From the NCBI GenBank assembly GCA_946965045.2, contig OX337240.1:3038001-3102000 (forward strand): DNA of 64,000 bases, read 5' to 3'. The position numbers and the translations under genes are program-made. Below the pieces are notes generated by a model. It ran no database searches, had not been told where the DNA came from, and worked only from the letters and a program-made list of their open reading frames with translations. This DNA is from Epithemia pelagica (taxonomy: Eukaryota > Protista > Bacillariophyta). Positions 12,246-24,329 of the stretch are shown piece by piece (position 1 is the first letter of the stretch; every line of letters starts with the position of its first letter).

Positions 12246-13230
12246 GATACGATTGTTTCCCTCTTGCCAGACGGTGACTGATTGTGAGAAGAGGAGTTCT
12301 CAAGTTTCAAACCTGGGTTTTCTGAACCACCAAACCTCATTACGCCACCCAAATTTTTGGAGCGCGAATGAGCACAACAGACAAAAGCATCCGTCTCAAT
12401 TTTTCAGCTTCCGCAGCTGCCAAGCCAGTCCTGAGTCCTGACTCCTGACGTTGGCCGCACCATTTTTATTTCTTCGAGATTCGCGATTCGCGAGGCCATT
12501 TGCGTGACAAGAAGTCCACTTTTATTGTTACGAGTATAGATTAGAGACCGCATTGCTTTTGGTTGGGAATCCTGAATTTGGGGGTTTTCAAGAATTTGAA
12601 TGGGTCCATTGGAACAGAGAAGATCACTTCTTGGAGTTACTGGCTTTCTCGCTTCTCAACCTGTTCGCTTTTCGTTGCCATGTACGGAAGTGGAAGCCTT
12701 TTCACTAATAATCACAAGTCCATTCAGGGCAATTGTATCTTCTATCATCACAGAAAATACCATTATTGAAGGATCATTCCGTCCATGTCTCATCTCGAGG
12801 TGAAGATTTTTGTGTGAAACGTCGGTCGCACGAAAACTCACAATTCAATGATCACTCTAGGAGTATCTAGGATCAAAACCTCCAAAGAAATCGACACAAG
12901 CTTCAAAGGCAAACAACCACCAAGATGGTACCATGCGGTCTCTCCTCGTCTTGATGATACCGAAAATTTGGAAAACATGGATGAAATGGATCACACGCAA
13001 CACAGACGATAGTCAGTTTGGTGTTTTGGTTCCGTGCCATTGGATGGAATTGTACCCAGTGTTCCAGCAACGGTTCTCTCATTCTATTCGTATTATGATT
13101 ATGACGATATGCGTGAGCTGCTATCCTCACCCTTCTCTAGTAGCAAAAGGGTATCGAGACGGCAACGAGGGCACACGTGTTCCGCATCATCCTTTTCGGA
13201 TTACTCTCTACCCCATCACTCCACGATTCC

Positions 13231-15969
13231 TTAGCTGGGCGTCGTCCAGACTTGAAGTTTTTCGTACAAGGCCGGTCGAATCGACAAGGTTTTCCATCCC
13301 GATTGATTCGTGACCCGTTCTTGCAAGACCGTCTTGGTACAACTTGTTGTTGTAGTATCGGTCGAAGGAGTACTCGTCGTACTTGTTGTTGTGGGTGGAC
13401 TGGTTGGTTCGTCGTCGGGCGCTCGCACTTGTTGCAACGCAATCACTTCCGTGGTGGTGGTATGCAATTGAATCAAGGGTTCACACCCGGCATCGGCAAT
13501 GGAATAGGGATCATAGTCTGTCAGTGTTGTCGTGTTGCTGCCATGCTTCTGCTGTTGCTGCGTTGGTTTGGGATACACATCAAAAGAGGTGTGACAGTGA
13601 ATGGTCAAGCTTGTCAATTGAATCCACAATTCCAAGGTTCGATGATGATTGGTGCGACTGCTGGGCAAATCGGGACTGGCCAAGACTTGCACATCCTTGC
13701 CGCCAAACAAGTCGCGGACAATAAAGTAGGCATCGCCACCCGTTCCGGTTCGACTGGCGGCCAACAATAAGCGTTTGGTCAACCGATCCAAGGTGGACAT
13801 GTCCAAACAAGACGACGTCGATGCCGCCGAAGTTTGAGTGTCCAGAGTGGCAATCGAGGGAGATTCGTCCGGACCCCCCAAGGAGGAGGAGGACGATTGA
13901 TCACCCCACAAGTACAAATCGTCGTCTGGATCGTCATTGTCATGGTCGTCATTTTTGTGGCGTTCGGTAACCGTCACGGACCGCGTCGGAGCACTGCCCT
14001 TGGAGGAGGCCAATGACGACGAGGCAAACAAGGTGGGTGCCGATTCGGATCGTCGCATTCGATTCGGGTCATGGCGCGACCGGCCACGCTGCTGTTTTCG
14101 AGGACTACTACCCACAGGCGGCTGTTGATGAATGGATTGATTCAAGGTTTGCGACAAGATGCGAATCAATTCGGACCGACTCGTCACGGGGGGCAACAAC
14201 GTACCATTAATGGTAATGCGTTCGCGTTGCAAATCATTCAAGGCTTGTCGCAACGCCTTGGGATTGTCCTCCGTCGACGTGTCGTCGTCATTGTCATGCC
14301 CAAAGGGACGGTGCGGAGGAACGGAAATGTGTTGCAGCAAGGGTCGATATTGCGCACACGTTTCCAACAAGTGTCCAATGCTGCGAAATTCGACGTGTTT
14401 GAAAAAGCGGCGCATATCGGCATCCAACACGGTTTGCAAGACATGTTCCATCAAACAGTCGTGAACAGAGGCGCGCCAATCGTCTTGGAGGGTTTGAAAA
14501 TACGACTGTAGCAAGGGCACCAATTTGCCGTGGGCGGCATCGTCGGGCGAACTCAAAAAGGCCAAACTGGCAAAACTTGTGGCATGTTCGTATTCCATCA
14601 CGACGCGTCGAATGGCCGTTTGACAGGTTTCACTCAAACAGGGCACGGCCAAGACTTCGAGCGTCATGCTCGTCAACAGTTGCGTCAAGACGGGACCTTG
14701 TTGTCGGACCGTCCCCACTGTTTCGGAAAAGGCTGTCGCAATGGCTTGACACCGAGCCTTGAGAGCGCGGGGTGGTTCGGCGGCCAAGACACAATAGCCA
14801 TCATTGTTGTTGTTATTGCTGTGGCGACTGGTTCCATGCTTGGTCACTGTAGTACTAGTCGTATTAGGTGTGGGATGAGTACTGGCCTTGACGACTCGAA
14901 ACAGGGTGCGCAAATACAATTCCAATCGAATTTGCAAATCCCAGGACCGAATTTGCACTTGTTGGGGTGCAAAGGATAGAGAAGCAGCAGAAGAAATGGA
15001 ACCTTCTCGACTGCTATTCGTGCCACCACTGCGAGGGACACCCCCGGCACTGACGGAACGAAACAAAAAGGACGACGACGACGACGAAGTAGGATTGGAT
15101 GCCGAAAACCCCGCCAGACCATCCAGCAAGGAAAATGTCGAAGGAGTAGCTGTGGACTGGGCCCGTTGCAAGGGTGCCTGCTTCTTTGGGAGTGGTTTGG
15201 GGAAGCGTTGCGGTGCTGGTGGAGCTGCTCGGGAGGCTTGGTCATGGGAAGAAGACAATGGAACCGCCAAGACAATGCCCGTCAAAAAGGCCTCCATGCG
15301 TGCGACTTGACGTGCCGGAAGAACGGGCAAGGATGGGGATAGTGTTGTGGTGGTGGAAGAGGATGGAGTGGCTGCCGAGTGAAATGGACTCTTGTCCAAC
15401 GAAGAAGAAGTGGTCACCGTCCCGAATGGCGTCTTTTCTAGAGTCCCAGATACGGGTGAGGGCAAAGAAGAAGGAGAAGAACCGGATGGTCCTTGCCCTT
15501 GACGGAGTGCAATGGGCAAAAAATCGGTCCAATCCATAGAATGGCTTGCTCCTCCATTTGTTTCTGCAGTGGTTTCGTCGTCGTTGTTCGAAGAAGTTTG
15601 TTGTTGTTGTTGCAAAATAAAGTGGGTCAAACTGAGGACGACGGGTCGAAACAAAGACGTGACATTGGTCTGGTGCGTTTCGGTGGGATCCAATTCGTCT
15701 CGATACCATTGAACGGCTTGTTGGGCCAAGACACGAGGACTCGTAGTAGGAGTTGTTGGAGTCGTTGTGGTTGTTTGGGGACTTGTCGTAGTACTTGTGG
15801 TTGTCGTTGTGGAACGGACTGGATTGGTCGTATTCAAGGGTCGGTTCGTATGCATGGTGGAAGAACCGTTTGTGGTGGTCGTTGTGGTGGTTGTCGTTGC
15901 CGTCGTTGTTGTGTTGCTTCCTCCACCCACCAAAGTAGTGTGAGGAAGGACGGTCGTCGTCGTCGTCAT
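13231..15969 (-). CDS. Hypothetical protein, 912 aa, Thr/Ser-rich with ordered central and C-terminal blocks
   Basis: Long uninterrupted ORF with globular-looking blocks (LQRERITINGTLLP; LLLAASRTGTGGDAYFIVRDLFGG). Family not recognised. Confidence 0.75.
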   Translation of the reverse strand: MTTTTTVLPHTTLVGGGSNTTTTATTTTTTTTTNGSSTMHTNRPLNTTNPVRSTTTTTSTTTSPQTTTTTPTTPTTSPRVLAQQAVQWYRDELDPTETHQTNVTSLFRPVVLSLTHFILQQQQQTSSNNDDETTAETNGGASHSMDWTDFLPIALRQGQGPSGSSPSSLPSPVSGTLEKTPFGTVTTSSSLDKSPFHSAATPSSSTTTTLSPSLPVLPARQVARMEAFLTGIVLAVPLSSSHDQASRAAPPAPQRFPKPLPKKQAPLQRAQSTATPSTFSLLDGLAGFSASNPTSSSSSSFLFRSVSAGGVPRSGGTNSSREGSISSAASLSFAPQQVQIRSWDLQIRLELYLRTLFRVVKASTHPTPNTTSTTVTKHGTSRHSNNNNNDGYCVLAAEPPRALKARCQAIATAFSETVGTVRQQGPVLTQLLTSMTLEVLAVPCLSETCQTAIRRVVMEYEHATSFASLAFLSSPDDAAHGKLVPLLQSYFQTLQDDWRASVHDCLMEHVLQTVLDADMRRFFKHVEFRSIGHLLETCAQYRPLLQHISVPPHRPFGHDNDDDTSTEDNPKALRQALNDLQRERITINGTLLPPVTSRSELIRILSQTLNQSIHQQPPVGSSPRKQQRGRSRHDPNRMRRSESAPTLFASSSLASSKGSAPTRSVTVTERHKNDDHDNDDPDDDLYLWGDQSSSSSLGGPDESPSIATLDTQTSAASTSSCLDMSTLDRLTKRLLLAASRTGTGGDAYFIVRDLFGGKDVQVLASPDLPSSRTNHHRTLELWIQLTSLTIHCHTSFDVYPKPTQQQQKHGSNTTTLTDYDPYSIADAGCEPLIQLHTTTTEVIALQQVRAPDDEPTSPPTTTSTTSTPSTDTTTTSCTKTVLQERVTNQSGWKTLSIRPALYEKLQVWTTPS

Positions 15970-15999
15970 GATTCTTGTTTGGTTATTCGCTGGGGAACG

Positions 16000-16215
16000 G
16001 ATGGAACTGGACCGACCAGAGTGTGTCCAACAAACTGGCAGTCCGAATCAATCAATCAATCACAAGAAGAGAGAGAGAGGAGAATGGATATCGTAGGTAG
16101 TAGTATTGGTTGGTTGGAAGGTGCACGGGGAATGGAAGGAACTCGACCGACCAGAGTGTGTCCCACTGGCAGTCCGAATCAGAATCAATCAATCAATCAC
16201 AAGAAGAGAGGGGAA
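16000..16215. repeat. Imperfect tandem duplication (about 135-bp period) with (AATC)n
   Basis: GGAACT(G/C)GACCGACCAGAGTGTGTCC...ACTGGCAGTCCGAATCA...ATCAATCAATCACAAGAAGAGAG occurs twice. Confidence 0.7.
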
Positions 16216-16469
16216 TGGAACGACGATGGTGCGAAGCAACAAGAGAGGAATCATTCATTCTGCTCATCCTGCAAAAAAAGAAACGGTCATCAAAAGACTG
16301 AAACCACCGAAAAGTGACAGTGACCCGCACGCCGAGCCGCCCGAGGAATGCGTGCGCGACGACCGTTGGGTCCGTTTCGGGCCGGAACGTTGGGCCTGTC
16401 GTATTCTCGGCTAGCTAGGTACTCCTAGAAAATTCTCTACTAGAGAGGATAGCCCAATGTATGTGATCA

Positions 16470-17730
16470 ATCTTGAACCATGGCCTCGTTGGGTTTCTAT
16501 TCTGGTTGCTAATGTTCCCCTAGATTATGCGAATTTGTATAGTATCTACAAGTATCTCTCGTTTACCCCCAGCCTCTTATTTCTAGATTTCTGGATGTGG
16601 ACCTGGTTTTGGTTGTTTGTTGGATCAGGTGGGACGCGACCGCAAGAACCACCTCCCTTTTCTTGGACGGACACGAGGCGAGGATGAGCATGTTCGGTGA
16701 AAGGTGGAGGAGGCGGCAGGGCGGCGTTTGGATCGTCGTTCCCAGTCGTTCGGGGCCTCGTGGCAAAACAAAAAGACCAGGGTCGGCACGGCACTCCAGC
16801 ACAAACCGGCGGACCGAAAACAATAAAATGGCCCCAATTATTGGCACCGGATCTAGATCCAAAACCGTGATCCAACTGTCACTGGCGGCCAATCGGGCAT
16901 GGAAAATGGCGACAACCAACCAAGGCAAGGGAGGCAGCGACATTCCAACCACACTTGTGTTCTTTTGACAGCACCAGCAGACCACTTGCAAGAAAACTAT
17001 GGCAGTCATATCAGGCCATCCAAAACCAACGGCAGGGATGCTACCAAGAGAACACAAAAAAGGCCAAGACCGACAAGGCTTGAGCCGTCTTGAGCATGCA
17101 ATCTTTGTTCCTGAACAAGCAATCTTGGGTCCTGAGAAAGCAATCTTGGGAAACACTGTGTGATGAGAAACAGTCGGTACGGTGGTGAGTGGTGTGAAGG
17201 GAGCATACAGGGCAATGGTATATAGTAGTCGGTACTACACCCGGTATTCTTCTCGTACCAGCAAGGCATACTGACAATCGTTGCAGAACAAAAGTGTGGT
17301 ATATCGAAATGAAAGCCAGGCAAAAAATGCGAGGTTGACTGAAAATATGGGGATGGAAAAGATATACCATTGCGAACGCGACTGGATTGGAACGCGACTG
17401 GGAGGTGCGGGACTTCATTCTTCATTCCACAGTTTTGGATCAATCTTGAACTATTCTATGGCGTTTGGGTTTCTATTCTGGTTGCTTGTGTTCCCTACTA
17501 TATGGTGATTGTATATATTATCTACAAGTATCTCTCGTTTACCCCGGCCTCTCTTCTATAGATCCGGATAGGTGGTCCTGGTTTTCTTGGTTGTATGCTT
17601 GTTGGATATGGTATGACGCGAACTTAAGAAGCACCTCTCTTCTTACTAGACGGACACGAGGCGATGAGCATGGTCGGTGGAAGGCGATAGGACGGCGTCT
17701 CGATCGTCGTTCTCAGTCGTTCGTGTCGTG
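16470..17730. repeat. Diverged direct repeat of about 290 bp (about 16470-16760 and 17445-17730)
   Basis: Shared blocks GGGTTTCTATTCTGGTTGCT, TATCTACAAGTATCTCTCGTTTACCCC, GACGGACACGAGGCGA and GATCGTCGTT. The second copy covers the stop and 3' flank of the 17646 gene. Confidence 0.75.
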
Positions 17731-19817
17731 GCCTCCACGGTGGGACCCTGCTCTTCCGGGTCTGAACGGAACCCTTGGTTCGTTTTGTGGGTGTCCTCTG
17801 GTTCTGCTTCTTCTTGTTCGGGACGCTCCATACTAGTATTGCTGCCATTGCTACTGCTACTGCTTGTCGTCGTCAATTGCATCAAGGGACCAATGCCGGA
17901 CGAGGAGGAGGAAGTGTCGGAACCACCACCGGGCGAGCCGGGCAGTTTCGGGGTTGGGTGGGACAAGGACGACGACGAAAAGGCGGCGTCATTGTCCTGG
18001 CCATTCAGTGCCTCGGAGACGACCGAGTCCAAAACGTCCCGAACCGAATCGGACCACACCAACGTCGAAGAAGGAGAAGAAGAGGCTGCTGCTGTGGTAG
18101 TCGGCGGTAGTAATGGGTCTGTTACCGCCATGGTCATGGTTTCTGGCGTATGGGCATCCAATTCCGTACCATCCACTGTGGAACACGAAGAATGGTGTGG
18201 AGTTTCGTCCAGGACACTATCGTCTTCTTCATCCTCGTGTGGTGGTTCGGGTGATAATAGTAAGGAACGCTGTATCTCGTCCTCCTCGTTTGGCTGGTCG
18301 GCTGGCTGGGTTTCGTCCGGGTGGACGTGGACGTGAGGTGGTGCACCCGTGTCGTCCTCCTCCTCCTCCTTGTCCTTCTTGGGAGTAGTAGTAGTCGTAG
18401 CTGGATCGAGTGCGACGGTACTCGAGTGTGTCGCATGGGGAGTGCGAGCACAGAAGGGTGGTTCTTTGTGTTCCAATGATGGTTCGGCAGTAGCAGTAGC
18501 ATCGGCCTTCTCCGAGCCACGAATACCAGTACAATGGCTCCAGGACGACGACGATGATTGTGTTTGGAATAATTTGGGACCGGCTGCCAAGGGATTGGCA
18601 AAGGCTTGTTGTCGTTGCAGGCGCTTGTTATTGTTGGTATTGTTGTTGTTGTTGCTTGTGTGGGATGCCTTGTAATGGCTGACCGGCAACAAGGACGACG
18701 ACAAACAAGTCGTGGCCAAAGATCGACGACCACCAGCGGCTTGTTGCGCTTGTTCTTGTCGTGCTTGTTGTTGTTGTTGCTTTTCGTGTTGCACCGCCTG
18801 GTGGTGTTGGGCCAATTCCATGGTTTCGAGCATTAATTCGTGCCACTGATTCAGGGATTCCATCGAGTCTTCCGGGTGGTTGTTGTTGGTGTTGTTGGTG
18901 GTAGGAGTCGTTGTGGTTGTGGGATTGGCCAGTGTGGCAGTGTGCAATGGTGGCGATTGAATCGAGACGGGGTGGGAACGGCGCGTTGCTGTGTCCATTG
19001 GTGGTGTGGAACTGGCAAGGGCTTTTGTGGTGGTGGCCGGAGAGGCCTGGATGGAAGACGAGGAAGGTTGTTGTGGTTGCGGTGAGGAAGCAGCCGCCGC
19101 TGCAAAGGCGGACAAGGACAAGGGTTGAAAGGGTTTTTTCCCAGCCGCATGTTTGAGTTTGAATTGATTCTTGCCCAATTTCTTGTTGTGGTTTTGTTTT
19201 TTGGCATGTTTGGAATGGACTGGAGATGCATGTTGATGTTGGTGGTGTCGCAACGATTCGACAATGGCCTCTTGTTGGTGGGCCTGTTCTTGTTGTTGCA
19301 ACACGCGCAATTTCAAGAGTCGAATGACCAGTTTGGCTTCCAGCAATTCATCCCGCAAGGCTTGATTTTCTTGCCACAATTTTTGGCGGGCAATGGTCAA
19401 GTCTTGCCAAATCATGTCTTGCTGGGTCCGATCCAATCCTACGGGCCACACTGGAACGGGCAAGTCGTTTGGGGTGTGGTCATCGTTCCGTGTGGGTGTG
19501 GTGGTCCTGGCGCCACGGTCCGGGAGGTTTGTCCCACTGGAGGTGCGGATCGCAGACTCTTTCTCTGGCACGTTGCTGTTGTGGTTGTCGTTGTGGCTGC
19601 TCCGTTTCGGAACCATGCTATTACTGCTACTACTGGAACGACTCCGTCCAAGTCTCAACGAACGACGATGAGAAGGACCGACGCTGCTCGGATGAGGTGG
19701 TTGGTCCTTGGAGTTTGCCTTGTTGGGAGTCGGATTGGCGACGAATGGTGGCACCAAGAACGCGTCGTCCCGACCGCCATCTGGGCCATTGCTACTGGAC
19801 TTGGGAGATGGTGTCAT
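17646..19817 (-). CDS. Low-complexity coiled-coil hypothetical protein, about 723 aa
   Basis: Long ORF with a heptad-like segment (WQDLTIARQKLWQENQALRDELLEAKLVIRLLKLRV). Otherwise S/T/Q/E-rich. Confidence 0.65.
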   Translation of the reverse strand: MTPSPKSSSNGPDGGRDDAFLVPPFVANPTPNKANSKDQPPHPSSVGPSHRRSLRLGRSRSSSSSNSMVPKRSSHNDNHNSNVPEKESAIRTSSGTNLPDRGARTTTPTRNDDHTPNDLPVPVWPVGLDRTQQDMIWQDLTIARQKLWQENQALRDELLEAKLVIRLLKLRVLQQQEQAHQQEAIVESLRHHQHQHASPVHSKHAKKQNHNKKLGKNQFKLKHAAGKKPFQPLSLSAFAAAAASSPQPQQPSSSSIQASPATTTKALASSTPPMDTATRRSHPVSIQSPPLHTATLANPTTTTTPTTNNTNNNHPEDSMESLNQWHELMLETMELAQHHQAVQHEKQQQQQARQEQAQQAAGGRRSLATTCLSSSLLPVSHYKASHTSNNNNNTNNNKRLQRQQAFANPLAAGPKLFQTQSSSSSWSHCTGIRGSEKADATATAEPSLEHKEPPFCARTPHATHSSTVALDPATTTTTPKKDKEEEEDDTGAPPHVHVHPDETQPADQPNEEDEIQRSLLLSPEPPHEDEEDDSVLDETPHHSSCSTVDGTELDAHTPETMTMAVTDPLLPPTTTAAASSSPSSTLVWSDSVRDVLDSVVSEALNGQDNDAAFSSSSLSHPTPKLPGSPGGGSDTSSSSSGIGPLMQLTTTSSSSSNGSNTSMERPEQEEAEPEDTHKTNQGFRSDPEEQGPTVEATTRTTENDDRDAVLSPSTDHAHRLVSV

Positions 19818-20319
19818 TGTGGTTGTGGTTGCAATCAATCTCGTTTCTTTAAACCACCAGGAAATGGAGACAACCACCACACAGCTTCTTCCACAAGCCG
19901 GATAGAGCACAGGGTTTGTGGTTCCAGAGGTTCCCGACGAGAGGGAGAGTGAGTGAGGCGATCAATGAAAGTGTGTATGTGGGTGGGTCTTCTCGCGTTC
20001 GGAACCGAATGGCACGGCCGGCGCGAAACCGTAGGACCGACTGGCTGCAGTTACTTAGCATTCACGACACGAGTATACGCGCCGGACCACGGTTCCACTC
20101 CGGTGGATGGGACATTGGCGAGCCCTGCGACCACAAACTCTCAAGTCCACAGAGTCTCGGATGCGGTCCCCCCCCCGAAAGTTTGTGTGGAGGCGACCAA
20201 CCGCGAACCAAACAAGGTCCGCGTGTCTCTCTGTCTCACTCTCTCCTGTCCTTTGTCGGTTGTTGTTCCAAATCATAATAAGAATCATCCATCGGTCCAC
20301 CAGAGATTCGTGGCTACCA

Positions 20320-20920
20320 GGTCCATTTGTTCCACACGCTCTCCACCAAAAGCGCTCATCATGAGTAGTCAATCCTGTTGGGGAGTTGGGTTCCATTGCA
20401 CAAACACACACAAGACAACGACAGGTTCCAGCCAGCCACAAGGCGGCGGGGACGGCGGCGAATGGCGTGGATCTGCCACGCAGTACCACCACCAGGTCGA
20501 TTGCAGTTTTCGGTCGAGTCGAATGGGCGATCCGCAACTCCTATCTTGACCAATCCATCCTGTTGGGGAGTTGGGTTCCATTGCACAAACACACACAAGA
20601 CAACGACAGGTTCCAGCCAGCCACACAAGACGGCGGCGAATGGCGTGGATCTGCCACGCAGTACCACCACCAGGTCGATTGGAGTGTTCGGTCGAGTCGA
20701 AGGGGCGATCCGCCGTGGTACAACTCCTATCTTGACCAATGTCTGTATGTCACATCTATATGGGAATGATCGCTGCAGGAGATTACTCCAAAGCTAGCTA
20801 GTATCCAAAGAGGATGGACACCGACTCGATGACCCACAGCCGACATGGCCGGCGCAATCACGTTTTTTTTGGAACGTTTCCCATGTCCAAGGCTTGCACC
20901 ACAATTTGTACCAAACAAAA
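20320..20920 (+). pseudogene. Heavily decayed GT61 paralog containing a 185-bp tandem duplication (about 20372-20556 and 20557-20739)
   Basis: Fragments align by eye with the intact GT61 genes: GTCCATTT..TTCCACAC..AGTCAA..TGTTGG (VHFPHTLQALSQCW region), GAATGGCGTG (DWRA region) and TTTTTGGAAC...CCCATGTCCAAGGCTTGCACCACAATTTGTACCAAAC (FFWNYSHVQALHENLYQT region). Confidence 0.7.
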
Positions 20921-21673
20921 GAAGAAGAAGAAGAAGAAGAAGCCGTACTACCACTGGAACCAATCCTCCAACCGCGTTCGCCGTTGAAGCAGCACCACGG
21001 AATGTGGACGAGTCGACCATTGTCGCACTCTGCCGCATTGGAGGAATCGACTACGGTTCCTCTTCTTCTTCTTTTTGTGGAGACACACACACACACACAG
21101 TTGCAACCAGTTCCATTCGGGTCATCCGTAGGAGTGTGTCGTGCCTCTCTCACGACGACGACAACGACAGTGAACGACCGGCACCCCATATCGACCACCC
21201 AACAACCACACACACAAAAGACATCACAACCAAAGACTCCCAGCAATACTTGTGCGATTCCCCTTTTTTCGTTCGAGACCCACCAGTCGTTGAAAGTGCC
21301 TGTCCTTCTAGGTAGCAATAACCCATATAGGACCAGAACAGCCATGGACCATCCAATCGAGAGAGACACACACACACTCTCTTGCGCGATACAAGGGACG
21401 CGCTACTCGTTCTCTACCTAGCTAGGTAGCTAGCTAATACCTAGTTACCGACAAGCTACTACTAGACAGGCACCCAAAAGTCTCGCCTCGTTGTTTGGTT
21501 GTTTGGTTATGGTCGTCACCGATTGTATTCTCTCTTTGGAATGGATGCCATGGAAAGTTATGCCACTCTCGTTCCAGGAAGTACACCATAGACGCGTACT
21601 CCCATTAGTCTTTAGAGGAGTACAAGGTGATTCGGGTCATGAGAATGAGATACATACTCGTTCTCGTAGTAGA

Positions 21674-21714
21674 TCTACTCTACTCTACTCTACTCTACTC
21701 TACTCTACTCTACT
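21674..21714. repeat. (CTACT)n microsatellite
   Basis: About 8 tandem CTACT units. Confidence 0.9.
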
Positions 21715-21930
21715 ATGAGGACGGGTACAGAAGAGAGTAGGTACAATAAATGACTCTGACTATGAATCTGGAAGGGAAAGCCACGTACTCCAAATCTCCA
21801 AAGTCTACTACCATAGTATTTTTGACTTTTCGAAAGCATTTTATTACAGGTGGAGAGAGCACTGAAATGCGCACCATTCCTTCCTTCCTCTTATTCTTCT
21901 TCTTCTTCCTCCTCCTTCCTGCTACTTAGC

Positions 21931-23631
21931 ATGGCATCTTCTTCTTCTTCCTCCTCCTCCTCCATCATGGCATCTTCTTCTTCTTTGTCGTCTTCCAAAA
22001 GATTCCGAACCACAACAAAAACAACCACAACAAGATTCCGCCCCAAACAGTTGTGGCTCTTGCTCATTCTGTTGGTCTGTGTAGGAAACGTATTGCTTTC
22101 CGTTCGCCAAATCCTTGGCTTGTTTCCACAAGAACAACAACAACAAGTGATGACCGTGGTGGGAGTTGTCTTGGAGGAGAAGGACAACCACCACCAAACC
22201 TCCAACCACAGTTGGATCCGCCAGAAACAAGACGAGGAGAATGGAACACTACCACCGCCCGCCCTCCAACAGTTCCCACTCCAAACCAGTCGTCCTCCTT
22301 TGGTTTCCAGTACCACTACAACAACAACAACTACTACTTCCACAACAAGGAAAACCATTGCCTTGCACTGTTTGCTGAATTCGCGCAATACCTTTTGCTA
22401 TGTCCATTTTCCACACACGTTGCAAGCCCTCAGTCAATGTTGGAGCTATTTTCAATCGCAAACACACGAAATTCTCCACGAGTTGGACCACCACCCACAA
22501 CAGCAGGATGGTGATGCTGTTGTTGTGGTTCCACGAATTACCACGGCGATTCATACCCATGGAATTCGGGGACGATTCCATTCCCTTAACACGGATTGGC
22601 GCGCCTCCTTGATGCAACTCATCATGACCCATGTCCGTTATGTCAATCATGCCAAACCCTCTACACTGCCCCGCCAACACCAGAGCAATCGCACCCATGA
22701 GACGCGCATCTTTCGTCCCAAGGCCGGAATCGAGGACCTCCAATTCTTTTGGAACTATTCTCATGTCCAAGCCTTGCACGAGAATTTGTACCAAACCGAA
22801 TTGTATCGCAACCAGACATTGGGTGGAACAGTAGTATCATCCAATACTACGGACGACCACAGCAACCAATCGGCAGATCCCCTTTGCATTGGATTGATAA
22901 ATCGCAAAACGGCACGACGAATTGTCAATATGGACCAATTGGAACGAGCCATTCGACAGGAATATCCTCAAGCCCTGGTCCAAGTCGTGACCATGGAAGG
23001 CATGACACCTTTACAACAATATATTTGGTGGAATCAACAATCCATTGTTGTCACGCCTCATGGGGCTGCCACAACCAATCTCATTTTTATGAAACCCGGA
23101 TCGGCCGTCTTGGAACTCTATCAACCACATTATTATTGGTGGGGATTTTGGAAATTGGCCCAAACGGCGCAGGTGCGCTATTATGCCCAGTTTCCCATTC
23201 TCCTTCCCAACGCCACCGCCCGCCATCACAGCAGCAATCACAGCCACACCCATCACACGACAACCACCACCTCCCAGCAGCAGGCGGCCGAAGTGGCACT
23301 TTTTCAAGACTTTGTCGAAACTTGCAGCGATTGGCCATGGCAACGACAACAACAAAAACTTGCAGTCTTGGAACCCTCCATTCCTCATGTGATGGTCTTG
23401 TTGCGACGGGCCGTGACGGACTGGCAACAACAACAAACACAGACAACGAGCAGTACAAGTGCCCCTCCACAACCACAAATTGTGCGCATGGAAACCAGTT
23501 GTCAGCGAGCACAGTCCTTTTACCAGCAACACAAAAATGACAACCATCTTCCGGAACAGATTCAGACACGGGTCCAACTAAGCCTTGAGGAGGATCCCCC
23601 GCAAACCCTCCTGGACCAGTATGGTGGATGA
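21931..23631 (+). CDS. Glycosyltransferase family 61 (DUF563-type), type II membrane protein, copy A, about 566 aa
   Basis: N-terminal TM LWLLLILLVCVGNVLLSV; GT61 core LINRKTARRIVN...VVTMEGMTPLQQ...IVVTPHGAATTNLIFMKPGSAVLELY (HGAxxTN-x-FM-x-PGS-x-V-x-E pattern). Confidence 0.85.
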   Translation: MASSSSSSSSSIMASSSSLSSSKRFRTTTKTTTTRFRPKQLWLLLILLVCVGNVLLSVRQILGLFPQEQQQQVMTVVGVVLEEKDNHHQTSNHSWIRQKQDEENGTLPPPALQQFPLQTSRPPLVSSTTTTTTTTTSTTRKTIALHCLLNSRNTFCYVHFPHTLQALSQCWSYFQSQTHEILHELDHHPQQQDGDAVVVVPRITTAIHTHGIRGRFHSLNTDWRASLMQLIMTHVRYVNHAKPSTLPRQHQSNRTHETRIFRPKAGIEDLQFFWNYSHVQALHENLYQTELYRNQTLGGTVVSSNTTDDHSNQSADPLCIGLINRKTARRIVNMDQLERAIRQEYPQALVQVVTMEGMTPLQQYIWWNQQSIVVTPHGAATTNLIFMKPGSAVLELYQPHYYWWGFWKLAQTAQVRYYAQFPILLPNATARHHSSNHSHTHHTTTTTSQQQAAEVALFQDFVETCSDWPWQRQQQKLAVLEPSIPHVMVLLRRAVTDWQQQQTQTTSSTSAPPQPQIVRMETSCQRAQSFYQQHKNDNHLPEQIQTRVQLSLEEDPPQTLLDQYGG

Positions 23632-23671
23632 CGGATGGAGAGGCCCACTGGGAAAGGACAAGGATGCTCCC

Positions 23672-23706
<35 letters not shown>

Positions 23707-24329
23707 ACTCGAAAGAAGGGATCCTGGTATCCATTCCGCTTCGAGTAGCACGAAACAATATAGGAAGGAACGAAGCGAAAACCGCTTTCGTGGCACAGAA
23801 CGCGAAAACCTCTCCCTGTTGCACAGAACGCGAAAACCTCTTCCTGTGGCACAGGACTATAAAGTACCTACTAGATAGTCTCGCCTCTCTGTTTTTGTTT
23901 GTTTCTTTGTTTCTGGTGGTCGCCACGGATCGTCCCTGGAATGGAGTGACCTGTAGGTCGAGTCGCTATATGCCATTGACGTCTGAGCTAACATACTCGC
24001 AGGAATAGTAGGTAGGTAGTTGGATCATGAGACTCTTCCTGGCGAGAGAACGGGGTACGTTTGGCTCTACTAGCTAGAGAGGGCATGCGGTATACCAGAA
24101 GACGACGGATAGCCATGATCGCAAAGGTACAGCTGAAACCCAAAAATTTTGCAAGTTTTGTTCCAAGTTCCGTTCAAATTTCGGAGGCAAGAACCATGTG
24201 AAGGATGAGTGTTCCCCTTTTGGTGGTATGAATCTGTTTATACTATAGAGGAGAATCAATCACCGCAGAACACCACCCGACAAACAACCACAGAGTCTCT
24301 GGGGATCATCCTGCAACCACCACCCGTGA

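Noticed and set aside
12563-13230. Short plus-strand ORFs downstream of the 13231 gene
   Set aside because: No motif support; could be UTR or a degraded sequence.
23793-23855. 28-bp tandem repeat (GCACAGAACGCGAAAACCTCT...)
   Set aside because: Only about 2.3 copies in a 3' flank; no TSD or TIR; likely slippage.
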